64,000 bases of DNA from Nitrospira japonica. GTDB lineage: Bacteria > Nitrospirota > Thermodesulfovibrionia > UBA6902. Shown here in pieces: positions 37,504-47,985 of this stretch. A model generated the notes under the pieces. The model was not told where the DNA came from. It saw only the letters and a list, made by a program, of their open reading frames with translations, and ran no database searches. Location: NCBI GenBank assembly GCA_020723105.1, contig DYJL01000001.1:198273-262272 (forward strand). The letters are read 5' to 3'. Positions within the stretch are counted from its first letter, which is position 1; each line of letters starts with the position of its first letter. A program made the position numbers and the translations under genes.

Positions 37504-37534
37504 GTAAGATTGGCTTAAAAACCGGTTTTTCGGT

Positions 37535-37586
37535 CTCAAAATCCACTGAGGGCAACCTCGTGGGGGTTCAAGTCCCCCCTCCGGCA
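37535..37586 (+). pseudogene. 3' fragment of tRNA-Leu(CAA) = att site (attR-type)
   Basis: CTCAAAATCCAC, long variable arm GAGGGCAACCTC, T arm GGGGGTTCAAGTCCCCC, CTCCGGCA; D arm and 5' anticodon stem absent. Confidence 0.85.
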
Positions 37587-38063
37587 CTCTTATATCTTCC
37601 ACAGCCTTCCATGTCTGCAACCATTGGGATAAAGCTCACTATGAATTAACCGGGTTAAGATAATTGTAGAGCATAAGTTAGCGAATAATATAAAAGGATG
37701 CTGACTATGAGGGGACATGGCTGAAGTTAAAGTATTGGGCTCTTAGCTTAGGTAGGAAATAACCTTTAACATCAGAGTCAGCATCCTGAAATTATTATAT
37801 GGGTAATGCAGCGTTAAAACTATGATTTAAATCATGCTACTCAATTAGGTTATGTTATAAATAAAATAATATTGTTTTCGTATAGTTATTATGAACTGAC
37901 TATCTCGGTAAATTACTTTATATGAAGCCATCTAATATCTCAATTATTAAGCATATTTATTATCATTCCGATTAAATATAAATAATCTGCAAGATTACTT
38001 TTCAGGGGCCCAAAATCCATTTTCCTTATTGACAACTTCCCATTTTCATGTAGATAATAGCTC

Positions 38064-39023
38064 ATGCTTCTTACAGAAAACATAAAACAAACGACGGAAT
38101 ATAGAATAACTAAAGATACCGCATTGAGCTTATCAATGCTTAAAGGTGTTGAACTGTTCGATCTGTTTGCTATCTCTAACAAAATAAGGGATAAGTTTCA
38201 TAGCAATAGAATTGACTTGTGTTCTATTATCAATGCTAAATCTGGTGGATGTCCTGAAGATTGCTCTTTCTGTGCTCAATCCGCGCACAGTAATACAAAA
38301 ATCAATAGTTATCCATTACTGGATAAAGAAGAAATACTTAAGGCAGCAGATTCAGTGAGAAAATATGGAGTAAAGCGTTTTTGTATTGTTACAAGTGGCA
38401 GGAAACCTTCGCATATAGAGATAAAAAAGCTTTGCGAGTTTATTTCTGAGATAAGAGATATGGGTTTTCAACCTTGTGCTACACTCGGCATGCTGGGGGA
38501 AGAAGAGCTTGGATTATTAAAAGATGCTGGTCTTCATAGATATCATCATAATCTTGAAACCTCGGAGTCCTTTTTCAGTGAAATATGTACAACGCATACT
38601 TACAGAGAGAAAATTAAGACTATCGAAGCTGCAAAATCCGTTGGTCTTTCCGTGTGCAGCGGTGGCATATTTGGACTTGGCGAATCATGGGAAGACCGTA
38701 TTGATATGGCTTTTGCGCTGAAGGAAATCAAGGCTGATTCTGTGCCAATAAATTTTTTTACTCCTGTACCTGGAACCCCCATGGAAAACCGCGGGACATT
38801 AAGTCCCTTAGAAGCGCTGAAGATAATAGCTATTTACAGACTGATTCTTTCTGACAGGGAAATAAGGATTTGCGGCGGCAGACCTTACACCCTCAGGGAA
38901 CTGAATTCCTGTATATTCTTCGCCGGCGCCAATGGACTTTTAATCGGAAATTATCTTACGACTCAAGGGAGACCGCCAAAAGAAGATTTACAGACAATTA
39001 AAGATTTGGAGTTTGAGATTTAA
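38064..39023 (+). CDS. bioB: Biotin synthase
   Basis: NAKSGGCPEDCSFCAQS, YHHNLET, CSGGIFG, GNYLTT.G. Confidence 0.95.
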   Translation: MLLTENIKQTTEYRITKDTALSLSMLKGVELFDLFAISNKIRDKFHSNRIDLCSIINAKSGGCPEDCSFCAQSAHSNTKINSYPLLDKEEILKAADSVRKYGVKRFCIVTSGRKPSHIEIKKLCEFISEIRDMGFQPCATLGMLGEEELGLLKDAGLHRYHHNLETSESFFSEICTTHTYREKIKTIEAAKSVGLSVCSGGIFGLGESWEDRIDMAFALKEIKADSVPINFFTPVPGTPMENRGTLSPLEALKIIAIYRLILSDREIRICGGRPYTLRELNSCIFFAGANGLLIGNYLTTQGRPPKEDLQTIKDLEFEI

Positions 39024-39841
39024 TGTCAAAGCGTTTGCATTACAGCATAAGAATGAGGGCTGCCAAAGACAGTGTTCACATATCAGGCGCCGAAGGTATC
39101 TATGAAAAAAACGATGTACTTGATACTGTTCAGAAGTATACGGGCCGGGCCTATGCACACGATAAGGGTAGGGCTGATGAGATTCATCTTACTATAGAGG
39201 AACTCAAAGAGACGCCCCGTAGAATATCTTCTCTGCCGCTTTGTACTTTAAATACAAGAAATTCTGAAGCTGCAGGAAAAGCCGCATTTAAAATTCTGTC
39301 TTCTATTGGTATAACTGAAAGGGCTATAGATGAGGCATTTAAATCCCTGACAATCGGCATCACAATGAGAGGTGCAATGCTGATGGATATTGAAGGAGTA
39401 AGACTTGAGCCTGACCTCCTGCGCGGGGTAAGAGTAACGCGCATGGGCATAACAAAAAAAGCAGATGCGATTCTTTCAAAGCATCTGGCAAAACTCGGCC
39501 TTAATAATGATACTGTCAAGGAGGCACTTATTCTGGCAAGCAAAGTTCACAAATACCCGATGGTTCTTGGAGAGTTATGCATATCTGACGACCCAAACTA
39601 TACAACAGGATACATAGCCTCACGCGCCTTTGGATATATCAGGCTTCTCCATATTAAGAAGAGAGGGCTTCCTTATGGAGGCCGTGCCTTTTTTATTACA
39701 GGCGGAGAGGTGAAGGAACTTATCAAATATCTTCAGACGACGCCCGTTCTAATTGATAATATTAAACCCTGTGAGGGAGCGTTATCATTAAAGGAAATTC
39801 TTGCGCGTAAGTCTCATCGTAAATCCCATAGCCGGAAATAA
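39023..39841 (+). CDS. bioW: 6-carboxyhexanoate--CoA ligase
   Basis: YSIRMRA, HISGAE, MRGAM, RGVRV, ELCISDDPNYTTGY; follows bioB. Confidence 0.9.
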   Translation: MSKRLHYSIRMRAAKDSVHISGAEGIYEKNDVLDTVQKYTGRAYAHDKGRADEIHLTIEELKETPRRISSLPLCTLNTRNSEAAGKAAFKILSSIGITERAIDEAFKSLTIGITMRGAMLMDIEGVRLEPDLLRGVRVTRMGITKKADAILSKHLAKLGLNNDTVKEALILASKVHKYPMVLGELCISDDPNYTTGYIASRAFGYIRLLHIKKRGLPYGGRAFFITGGEVKELIKYLQTTPVLIDNIKPCEGALSLKEILARKSHRKSHSRK

Positions 39842-39913
39842 GGTGTGCAAATCAGTAAATAAATCCCTCCACAAATTTTAGCCTGAATTCTTTATTAATC
39901 AGTTTTTATCATT

Positions 39914-39956
39914 AAAATCCCTCTGCTTCAGAAAAAACGAGCAGGGGGATTTTTTA
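39914..39956 (+). terminator. Intrinsic terminator after bioW
   Basis: aaaatccctctgct...agcagggggattttt. Confidence 0.6.
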
Positions 39957-40038
39957 TATTCATATACACTTGCCTTGACAAAGAAACTCTTTTTTTTATA
40001 TTTTCAATGTCATATAAGTTCTTGATTGTAATTTTTGA

Positions 40039-40113
40039 AGGCGCGTAGCTCAGTGGGAGAGCGCTTCCTTGACACGGAAGAGGTCGCTGGTTCGATCCCA
40101 GTCGTGCCTACCA
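40039..40113 (+). tRNA. tRNA-Val(GAC)
   Basis: Full cloverleaf: AGGCGCG/CGTGCCT acceptor stem, CTTCC-TTGACAC-GGAAG anticodon arm, GTTCGA, encoded CCA. Confidence 0.95.
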
Positions 40114-40206
40114 TTAAAATAAGTGAAAAGTTGAAAGTTAAAAAAAGGAATTAGCAATCTTTAATCTTGCAACTTGTAACTTTTAACTTTTTTCAGGGAG
40201 GTTTAT

Positions 40207-41949
40207 ATTTTAAACTCATTACAAAACGATAAGGAGTTTCTCGAAATCTATCGTCATAGTACATCACATGTCATGGCGCATGCCGTAAGAGAACTTTTCC
40301 CAAATACAAAACTTGCCATTGGGCCTGCAATTGCAGATGGATTTTACTATGATTTTGATAGTGATCATGCTTTCACACAGGAGGACCTGCCCCTGATTGA
40401 AGAGAGAATGAAAGAAATCATAAAAGCTAATAATCCTTTTGTCAGGAGAGAATTACAAAAAGAGGAAGCTATAGAACTTTTTCAAAAACTTGGGGAAACA
40501 TACAAACTTGAACTTATCAATGAGATTACAGATAAAACAGTTTCTCTTTATGAAGAGGATGGATTTGTTGATCTCTGCCGTGGGCCACACCTTGAATCAA
40601 CAGGAAAGGTGAAGGCATTTAAGTTACTGTCAGTTGCAGGCGCTTACTGGCGTGGTGATGAAAAAAACAAAATGCTCCAGCGCATCTACGGAGTTTCTTT
40701 TTCAACAAAGGATGAACTCAAAAAACATCTTGATTTTCTTGAGGAAGTAAAAAAGAGGGATCACCGGAGACTTGGAAAAGAACTGGACCTTTTTAGCATG
40801 AATGATGATATAGGAGCTGGACTGGTGTTGTGGCATCCAAGGGGTGCAGCAATTAGAAGAGCCATAGAGAGTTTCTGGCTGGATGAACATTGCCAGGCGG
40901 GTTATCAAATTCTATATACACCTCATATGGCAAAACTTGATTTATGGAAAAAGACAGGTCATGTTGATTTTTACCGGGACAATATGTACTCGCCGATGGA
41001 AATCGAAGGACTTGAGTATGAAATAAAACCAATGAACTGTCCTTTCCATGTATCCATTTTTAAGAGCCATCTCAGAAGCTACAGGGATTTGCCTTTACGG
41101 TTTGCTGAACTTGGGACTGTTTACAGATATGAACGTTCTGGAGTTCTTCATGGTCTCTTGAGAGTGCGGGGCTTTACACAGGATGACGCTCATATATTTT
41201 GCAGAGAAGACCAGATTGAAAAAGAAATCTTAAAGGTGCTGGAGTTCACACTTTTTATTCTGAATACATTTGGATTTTCCAACTACGATATTTACCTTTC
41301 AACACGACCTGATAAATATGTAGGAACAGAAGATGGATGGCACAAGGCAACAAACGCATTGGAAAATGCTCTTCTACAAAAAGGGCTTAAGTATGATATA
41401 GATCCAGGTGAAGGGGTATTCTATGGCCCAAAGATTGACATAAAAGTCAGGGATTCCCTTGGCAGACAATGGCAATGCAGTACGATACAGGTTGATTTTA
41501 ATATACCTGAACGGCTCGATATTACATATAGGGGTGCGGACAGTAAAGATTACAGGCCTATTATGATACATCGTGCGCTTATGGGATCGCTGGAGCGTTT
41601 TTTTGGCGTATTGATTGAGCATTATGCAGGAGCATTTCCATTGTGGCTTTCTCCTGTACAAATATCCATATTGACTATTTCCGAAAGACATGTAGAATAT
41701 TGCAGGCAGATAACAGATACATTGATAAAGAAAGGGATACGTGCAGATATAGATGAAGACAATGAGAAAATAGGTTTTAAGATAAGAAAAGCTGCTGTAT
41801 TAAAGACCCCCTATATGTGTATAATAGGCGATAAAGAAATGGAAAACAATACATTAACTATCAGAAGAAGAAACGGAGAAAATATTGGTGAAATGTCTGT
41901 TGAAAAGTTAATAGCTTTTCTTAAAGATGAAATTTCAGACAGGAGGTAG
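40207..41949 (+). CDS. thrS: Threonine--tRNA ligase lacking the N-terminal TGS domain; probable ATT start
   Basis: LEIYRHSTSHVMA continues in frame upstream of ATG 40273; DLCRGPH, RDHRRLG, KPMNCP, IHRA. Confidence 0.93.
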   Translation: MLNSLQNDKEFLEIYRHSTSHVMAHAVRELFPNTKLAIGPAIADGFYYDFDSDHAFTQEDLPLIEERMKEIIKANNPFVRRELQKEEAIELFQKLGETYKLELINEITDKTVSLYEEDGFVDLCRGPHLESTGKVKAFKLLSVAGAYWRGDEKNKMLQRIYGVSFSTKDELKKHLDFLEEVKKRDHRRLGKELDLFSMNDDIGAGLVLWHPRGAAIRRAIESFWLDEHCQAGYQILYTPHMAKLDLWKKTGHVDFYRDNMYSPMEIEGLEYEIKPMNCPFHVSIFKSHLRSYRDLPLRFAELGTVYRYERSGVLHGLLRVRGFTQDDAHIFCREDQIEKEILKVLEFTLFILNTFGFSNYDIYLSTRPDKYVGTEDGWHKATNALENALLQKGLKYDIDPGEGVFYGPKIDIKVRDSLGRQWQCSTIQVDFNIPERLDITYRGADSKDYRPIMIHRALMGSLERFFGVLIEHYAGAFPLWLSPVQISILTISERHVEYCRQITDTLIKKGIRADIDEDNEKIGFKIRKAAVLKTPYMCIIGDKEMENNTLTIRRRNGENIGEMSVEKLIAFLKDEISDRR

Positions 41950-41951
41950 TC

Positions 41952-42449
41952 ATAGAAAAAGAGTTAAGAATAAATCGTTGGATCAGGGCAAAAGAAATTA
42001 GGGTAATAGGTCATGATGGCAGTCAGTTAGGCGTAATGGATATACGCAGCGCCTTAAAGCTTGCAGCAGAACATGACTTGGATCTTGTTGAAGTGGCACC
42101 GAGTTCGCAACCACCTGTCTGTAGGATAATGGATTATGGTAAATATCGTTATCAGCAGAGCAAGAAACACACATCAAAACATAAAACGATAGACCTGAAA
42201 GAAATAAAAGTTAGACCACAAATAAATGAGCATGACTTACTTTTTAAAATGAAGCATATAAAAAGATTCTTAGAGCATGGAGACAAAGCAAAGATTACTA
42301 TGATGTTCAGAGGCCGGGAAATTGTTCATGCATCAATTTCACAAAAAATTTTCAAACGCATTTCTGATGAATTCTCAACGCTTGCCAATGTCGAACAGGC
42401 AGCAAAGATGGAAGGCAACCGCATGACAATGGTTCTTGTACCAAAATAA
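41952..42449 (+). CDS. infC: Translation initiation factor IF-3 (ATA start)
   Basis: GGAGGT RBS then in-frame ATA; RINRWIRAKEIRVIG, DLVEVAP, MDYGKY, FRGRE. Confidence 0.93.
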   Translation: MEKELRINRWIRAKEIRVIGHDGSQLGVMDIRSALKLAAEHDLDLVEVAPSSQPPVCRIMDYGKYRYQQSKKHTSKHKTIDLKEIKVRPQINEHDLLFKMKHIKRFLEHGDKAKITMMFRGREIVHASISQKIFKRISDEFSTLANVEQAAKMEGNRMTMVLVPK

Positions 42450-42531
42450 GTGAGAACTAATAATTGAGAAGCAGGAATTTTAGTTTTGAGTTCTCAGTTT
42501 TTAGTTTTAAGTTAATCAAGGAGGAGGTTAA

Positions 42532-42726
42532 ATGCCAAAGCTGAAAACACATAGAGGAGCTGCCAAGAGGTTTAGTAAGACCGGAACGGGCAAGATAAAA
42601 AGGAGCAAGGCTTACAGGAGCCATCTTCTAACCAGTAAATCCTCTAAAAGAACAAAACATTTAAGAAAAAGCGGATTGGTAGATAAGGCAAATTTTGATC
42701 ATATAAAAAAGATATTGCCCTATTAA
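42532..42726 (+). CDS. rpmI: 50S ribosomal protein L35
   Basis: [14 protein letters not shown]. Confidence 0.97.
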   Translation: MPKLKTHRGAAKRFSKTGTGKIKRSKAYRSHLLTSKSSKRTKHLRKSGLVDKANFDHIKKILPY

Positions 42727-42928
42727 TATTCAATCAATATCATTTCTTTTTAAGAATTTTACTTAGCAACTATTCAAAAAATTTAAAAAATACTATATAA
42801 TTATGTCTGGTTGCAGGTTAAATATGAGAGCAGCAAGTTATTTTGCATTTGATGCGAGATCTCGTTGTTTCTGAGTTTCTGCTTTCGCAGGACTGACAAT
42901 TAAAAGATTATTCAGGAGGTAAATATAA

Positions 42929-43288
42929 ATGCCGAGAGCAAAAGGTGGTTTTAAAACAAAAAGGAGAAGGAAAAAAATTCTCGAAATGACGAAGGGCTAT
43001 TATGGAGCCAAGAGCCGTTTGTACAGAATTGCAACAGAAGCAGTTGACAAGGCATTGACATATGCCTATAAAGATCGGAGAGGAAAGAAGAGAGATTTCA
43101 GATCATTGTGGATTATCAGGATTAATGCAGCGGTTCGAGCCTTGGGATTATCTTACAGTCAATTCATGAATAAACTTAAGAAGCTGGATATTGCATTAAA
43201 CAGAAAGGCGCTTGCAGATATGGCTTATAACAATCCGGGAGCCTTTAACAATCTTGTAGAAATGGTTAAAAAAGGGAATGTTAAATGA
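42929..43288 (+). CDS. rplT: 50S ribosomal protein L20
   Basis: [25 protein letters not shown]. Confidence 0.97.
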   Translation: MPRAKGGFKTKRRRKKILEMTKGYYGAKSRLYRIATEAVDKALTYAYKDRRGKKRDFRSLWIIRINAAVRALGLSYSQFMNKLKKLDIALNRKALADMAYNNPGAFNNLVEMVKKGNVK

Positions 43289-44294
43289 CATTCAAACCAT
43301 AAAGAATCTTGCCAGAGAGGAAATAGAAAAAGCTCATAGCCTTAAAACAGTCCATGAACTGAAAATAAAATATCTTGGCAAAAAAGGAATTTTCACTCAT
43401 AAGATAAAATCCCTTGGTTTAATTCCTCAGGAAGACAGGCGGGAATACGGACGTATCCTGAATGAAACAAAAAACTACATCGAAGAGTTACTTGCCAAAT
43501 ATGAAAACTCTTTCAAAACACTTGAGTTAAATAAAACTCTCCAAACACAGCGCATTGATGTTACTGCTCCAGGGTACTGCATTCCTGCCGGACACGTTCA
43601 TCCTACAACACAGGTTCTCGATGAAATTATAAGCATATTCACTTCATTGAGTTTTAATGTTGAAGAAGGACCAGAGGTTGAGCTCGACTTCTATAATTTT
43701 GAAGCGCTTAATATGCATAAGGATCATCCGGCAAGAGACATGCAGGATACATTTTACATTACGGAAGATATTGTATTGAGAACACATACCTCATCTGTGC
43801 AGGTGCGAATCATGGAGAAAACGGCCCCGCCATTAAGAGTTATTGCACCAGGAAAAGTTTACAGATGTGACGCAGATGTAACCCATATCCCTATGTTTCA
43901 TCAACTTGAAGGTTTTATGGTGGACAAACATGTAAAAATGAGCGACCTCAAGGGAGTGCTGGAGGTATTTATTCATATGATATTCGGACCTGATACAAAA
44001 CTACGTTTCCGTCCGAGCTTCTTTCCGTTTACTGAACCAAGTGCAGAGATTGACATATCCTGTGTCATATGCAAAGGTGTGGGATGTAATGTTTGCAAAA
44101 ATACCGGTTGGCTCGAGATTCTTGGTGCCGGTATGATTAATCCAAGGATTTTTGAAATGGCTGGATATGCTCCTGATCAATATACAGGGTTTGCATTTGG
44201 GATGGGCATAGAACGTATTGCAATGCTCAAATACGGAATAGATGATATCAGACTGTTTTACGAGAACGATAAAAGATTTTTGGAACAGTTTTAG
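43278..44294 (+). CDS. pheS: Phenylalanine--tRNA ligase alpha subunit
   Basis: [34 protein letters not shown]. Confidence 0.97.
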   Translation: MLNDIQTIKNLAREEIEKAHSLKTVHELKIKYLGKKGIFTHKIKSLGLIPQEDRREYGRILNETKNYIEELLAKYENSFKTLELNKTLQTQRIDVTAPGYCIPAGHVHPTTQVLDEIISIFTSLSFNVEEGPEVELDFYNFEALNMHKDHPARDMQDTFYITEDIVLRTHTSSVQVRIMEKTAPPLRVIAPGKVYRCDADVTHIPMFHQLEGFMVDKHVKMSDLKGVLEVFIHMIFGPDTKLRFRPSFFPFTEPSAEIDISCVICKGVGCNVCKNTGWLEILGAGMINPRIFEMAGYAPDQYTGFAFGMGIERIAMLKYGIDDIRLFYENDKRFLEQF

Positions 44295-44341
44295 ATTAAA
44301 TTGCAGCAAGTAGTAAAAAAGTAGTTTAAAGGAGTACTTTT

Positions 44342-46396
44342 TTGAAGGCATCATACAACTGGCTTAAAGAAATTGCTGATTTTTCACTCTTGCCAAAAGA
44401 ATTGGCTCATGCACTTACAATGGCTGGATTTGAGGTTGAGGGCCTGGAAGAGATTGAAGGCGATATCATACTTGATATAAATGTAACTCCTAACAGGCCT
44501 GACTGTCTGAGCATTACAGGTCTTGGACGTGAGATATCTGCCATACTGGAAGTACCTTTTAAGAATAAAGCAGTTAATATCCAGAAACAGGAAGGCAAAG
44601 GACCTGAAGTCGAAATTAAAAACTCTCAACTCTGTAACAGATATGCATCAAGAATAATTTCCGGTGTGAAAGTCGCTCCTTCCCCAGAATGGCTTGTAAA
44701 GCGCCTTGAGACCCATGGTTTTAGGACTTCATATAATATAGTTGATGTTACTAACTATGTGCTTTTAGAAATGGGGCAACCACTTCATGCCTTTGACCTT
44801 GATAAACTCGCTGACAAAAGAATTGTGGTTAAAATATCGGACTCAGAAGAAACGTTTCACACGCTTGATAATGAGGACAGAAAACTAAGTAAAGACACAC
44901 TGTTAATATGGGATTCGGAAAAACCTGTAGCTTTAGCTGGAATTATGGGTGGATTAAATACAGAGGTTTCTTTGTCCACAGTGAATGTACTTCTTGAGAG
45001 TGCATGTTTTCATCCTGCATCAATAAGACGAACCTCCAAGTCTCTTAATGTGAGCTCTGAATCTTCATACCGCTTTGAAAGAGGGATTGATATAGAAAAT
45101 GTTGTGAAAGCCCTTGATATGGCTGCTCAGATGATCATTGAAATTTCAGGAGGAAGGGTTTCAGGTTTGACCGACAATTATCCCAGGCATCATGCTTCCA
45201 AACAAATAATAGTGCAACATGAGAAAATAAATGCATTGCTTGGCATTAGGATTGAAGAATCATTTTTGCAAAACATAATGTCCCGACTTGGTTTTGAAAT
45301 TAAAAGGGCAGGGGAGAAATTTATTGTAATTCCTCCAAGTTTCAGACAAGATGTTCAATTAGATATTGACGTAATAGAGGAAATAGCAAGGCTTTATGGA
45401 TATGAGAAAATTCCTGCGACATTGCCAAGTATCAGGATGCAACCTTCACCAAGAAATGAAAGAAGAGACCTTATTAAATCAGTAAAGAATTCCATGGCAA
45501 AATCGGGATTTTCCGAGGCAATTAATTACAGTTTCATTAATCCTGAGATACTTAATAACCTCAACATTCCTTCTGAGGACAAAAGAAGAAATTTTATTCT
45601 TATTAAAAATCCTCTTCGCAAGGAAGAATTGGCAATGAGGACAAACCTTATACCAGCACTGCTTAATAATGTGAGCCTAAATCTTAATCGTGGAGAGAAA
45701 ATAATTCATCTGTTTGAAGTATCAAGCATATTCCTTCATTCCGACCAGAAATTACCAAACGAAATTATTCAACTGACTGCTGTTTGTGTTAAAGATAAGA
45801 CTGCATCTTTATGGAAAACAAAGCATGATGGTTTTTATGATATAAAAGGTGTCCTCGAGAATTTATTCAATGAATTAAAAATCAGGGAATATTATCTTGA
45901 ATCAGATAAAGCATTACTTGAACCATATCTACATCCTGGCAAATCATGTTCAATAATGATTAGCGATGAGAAATTAGGGTCCCTTGGTATGATTCACCCC
46001 AGAGTGTTAGAAGCGTTTGATATAAGAGCTGATGTTGGTATTCTGGAGATATCTAACTTAGAACGTCTGCAAGAATATAGACACTATAAAACCGAATTTG
46101 TTTCATTGCCCAAATTTCCATATGTTGAAAGAGACATTGCTGTAATTGTCCCTATGGATATGACCGCAGAGAAAATAAAAAGAGAAATATCGAGTATAGA
46201 TTCTGATATCATTGAAACAGTTAACTTGTTTGATATTTACACAGGCAAACCAATAGCAGAAGACAAAAAAAGCCTTGCCTTCTCAATACGCTACAGAGCT
46301 TCAGATAGAACTCTTACAGATGAAGAGGTTGATGCATTGCATTTTATTATTATTGAGCGCCTTAAAGATACGCTTAATGCCGAGTTACGCAGTTAA
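44342..46396 (+). CDS. pheT: Phenylalanine--tRNA ligase beta subunit (short form, no B2 OB domain)
   Basis: TPNRPDCLS, GQPLHAFD, RFERG, EEIARLYGY, RTLTDEEV. Confidence 0.95.
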   Translation: MKASYNWLKEIADFSLLPKELAHALTMAGFEVEGLEEIEGDIILDINVTPNRPDCLSITGLGREISAILEVPFKNKAVNIQKQEGKGPEVEIKNSQLCNRYASRIISGVKVAPSPEWLVKRLETHGFRTSYNIVDVTNYVLLEMGQPLHAFDLDKLADKRIVVKISDSEETFHTLDNEDRKLSKDTLLIWDSEKPVALAGIMGGLNTEVSLSTVNVLLESACFHPASIRRTSKSLNVSSESSYRFERGIDIENVVKALDMAAQMIIEISGGRVSGLTDNYPRHHASKQIIVQHEKINALLGIRIEESFLQNIMSRLGFEIKRAGEKFIVIPPSFRQDVQLDIDVIEEIARLYGYEKIPATLPSIRMQPSPRNERRDLIKSVKNSMAKSGFSEAINYSFINPEILNNLNIPSEDKRRNFILIKNPLRKEELAMRTNLIPALLNNVSLNLNRGEKIIHLFEVSSIFLHSDQKLPNEIIQLTAVCVKDKTASLWKTKHDGFYDIKGVLENLFNELKIREYYLESDKALLEPYLHPGKSCSIMISDEKLGSLGMIHPRVLEAFDIRADVGILEISNLERLQEYRHYKTEFVSLPKFPYVERDIAVIVPMDMTAEKIKREISSIDSDIIETVNLFDIYTGKPIAEDKKSLAFSIRYRASDRTLTDEEVDALHFIIIERLKDTLNAELRS

Positions 46397-46667
46397 TAGC
46401 ATTTTACTTCATTAATGCCAGCACTTCATTAGAAAGGATCTGCCGGGTTTTCCGAATATATTACATTTATAAGTAATTTTTTCTGGCAATATAATTTTAC
46501 ATAATATATCTTATCGGACGTTAGATATGTCAAACTTTTGTTAAGAAGATGTGAAAACGATAAGCACCCTCCCTTTTGAACTGGCTTTTAAAATAGGATT
46601 TTCTGGGTTTGCACAATTTATGGGCACATTCAAAACACTATAAAAACAATGAGTTATGGTATTTTAT

Positions 46668-47957
46668 CTATTTCTCAAGGGGTTTTGAGATCAAGCCAGA
46701 TTTTGTCAAAGATATGACTTTTACTTTGAGACGCTGACCTTTTGAAAGATTATCCGATATAATTGACAGCTTAATATAATTATCTGAAATACCTATGTAT
46801 AATCCAGTAGTTATAGATTTATCCTCAACTATGACATCAAGTGTTTTACCTAAGTTCTTTTTGAGATAAGTATTTTTCATATTATTTGCAATTGTTAGTA
46901 ATGTCTTTACCCTATCCTGCTTTATACTTTCATTAATATGACTGTTAGATAATATAGCTCTTGTGTTTGGTCTTTTTGAGTATGGAAACACGTGCATATA
47001 GCTTAGTGGTAGTTGTTCAAGAAATTTAACAGTTTCTTTAAATTCTTTTTCTGTTTCACCTGGGAAACCAGCGATAATATCTGTCCCTATTGATATATCA
47101 GGATTTGTGGATTCTATGGTATCAATAATTTTTTTAAAGAAGATAGTCGAGTAGCCGCGATTCATCTCATTAAGTATTCTATCTGATCCACTTTGAAGCG
47201 GTATATGTAAGTGTGCACAAAGCGATCCTTCTTTAATATAGGATAAATAGTCGGCTTTAAATTCCTGAGGCTCAATCGAGCTTAATCTGAATCTGATATG
47301 AGGAAAATACTGAATCAACATGCTCACAATATTTAATAATGAACTTTTAGGATAGAGGTCTAACCCATAAGATCCAATATGTATTCCTGTTAATACAATC
47401 TCTTTATATCCTGCATTATTAAGTTCATTAACAGCATTAATAATATCCTGTATATTAAGGCTTCGACTTTTACCTCTTGCTAAAGGGACTGCGCAATATG
47501 AACAAGAAAAATTACATCCATCTTGTATCTTAAGGAATGCCCTTGCTTTGTTTGAATGATATGGTTGTAAGGTTAGAGGTGCCGACAAGGGATAATTATC
47601 AATCACAGAAGCGTCACAATTATTATATTTTAATTTTTCTATATGATTAATAATATCTTTTTTTGCAGAATTACCTATTATGAGATGTAGTCCTTCTATT
47701 TTTAGAAGATCGTCAGGTTTCAATTGCGCATAACAGCCGGCGGCAATAACTTTTGCTCCTGTTTTTAAAGCTTTTCTTATAAGTTGTCTTGATTGATAGT
47801 CACTTTTAGCAGTTACAGTACATGTATTTATAATATAAATATCAGGATTGTCAGCAGTGGTAACAATTTCATGATTTTTGTTTTTTAATAAGCCCTCGAT
47901 AGAGGCGCTTTCTGACTGGTTTACCTTACAACCTAATGTTGCAATAGCCACTTTCAA
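46668..47957 (-). CDS. mtaB: tRNA t6A37 methylthiotransferase
   Basis: TLGCKVNQSES, NTCTVT, KIQDGCNFSCSYC, HVFPYSKR. Confidence 0.9.
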   Translation of the reverse strand: MKVAIATLGCKVNQSESASIEGLLKNKNHEIVTTADNPDIYIINTCTVTAKSDYQSRQLIRKALKTGAKVIAAGCYAQLKPDDLLKIEGLHLIIGNSAKKDIINHIEKLKYNNCDASVIDNYPLSAPLTLQPYHSNKARAFLKIQDGCNFSCSYCAVPLARGKSRSLNIQDIINAVNELNNAGYKEIVLTGIHIGSYGLDLYPKSSLLNIVSMLIQYFPHIRFRLSSIEPQEFKADYLSYIKEGSLCAHLHIPLQSGSDRILNEMNRGYSTIFFKKIIDTIESTNPDISIGTDIIAGFPGETEKEFKETVKFLEQLPLSYMHVFPYSKRPNTRAILSNSHINESIKQDRVKTLLTIANNMKNTYLKKNLGKTLDVIVEDKSITTGLYIGISDNYIKLSIISDNLSKGQRLKVKVISLTKSGLISKPLEK

Positions 47958-47985
47958 GAAACTTCTCCTGTTACAACTTGAAACC

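Larger units (their letters stand above)
1..37586. mobile_element. Integrated element (genomic island/ICE/prophage-like), right part; left end and integrase outside window
   Basis: Ends at a tRNA-Leu 3' fragment with att-like repeats. Contains primase, class II RNR, DUF736, Gp3-like and SNase genes plus many orphans; housekeeping genes begin just beyond it. Confidence 0.8.

Noticed and set aside
37500-37590. Functional tRNA-Leu
   Set aside because: The 5' acceptor strand, D arm and 5' anticodon stem are missing.
44342-46396. Truncated pheT as a pseudogene
   Set aside because: The ORF is intact; loss of the B2 domain is a known natural variant.
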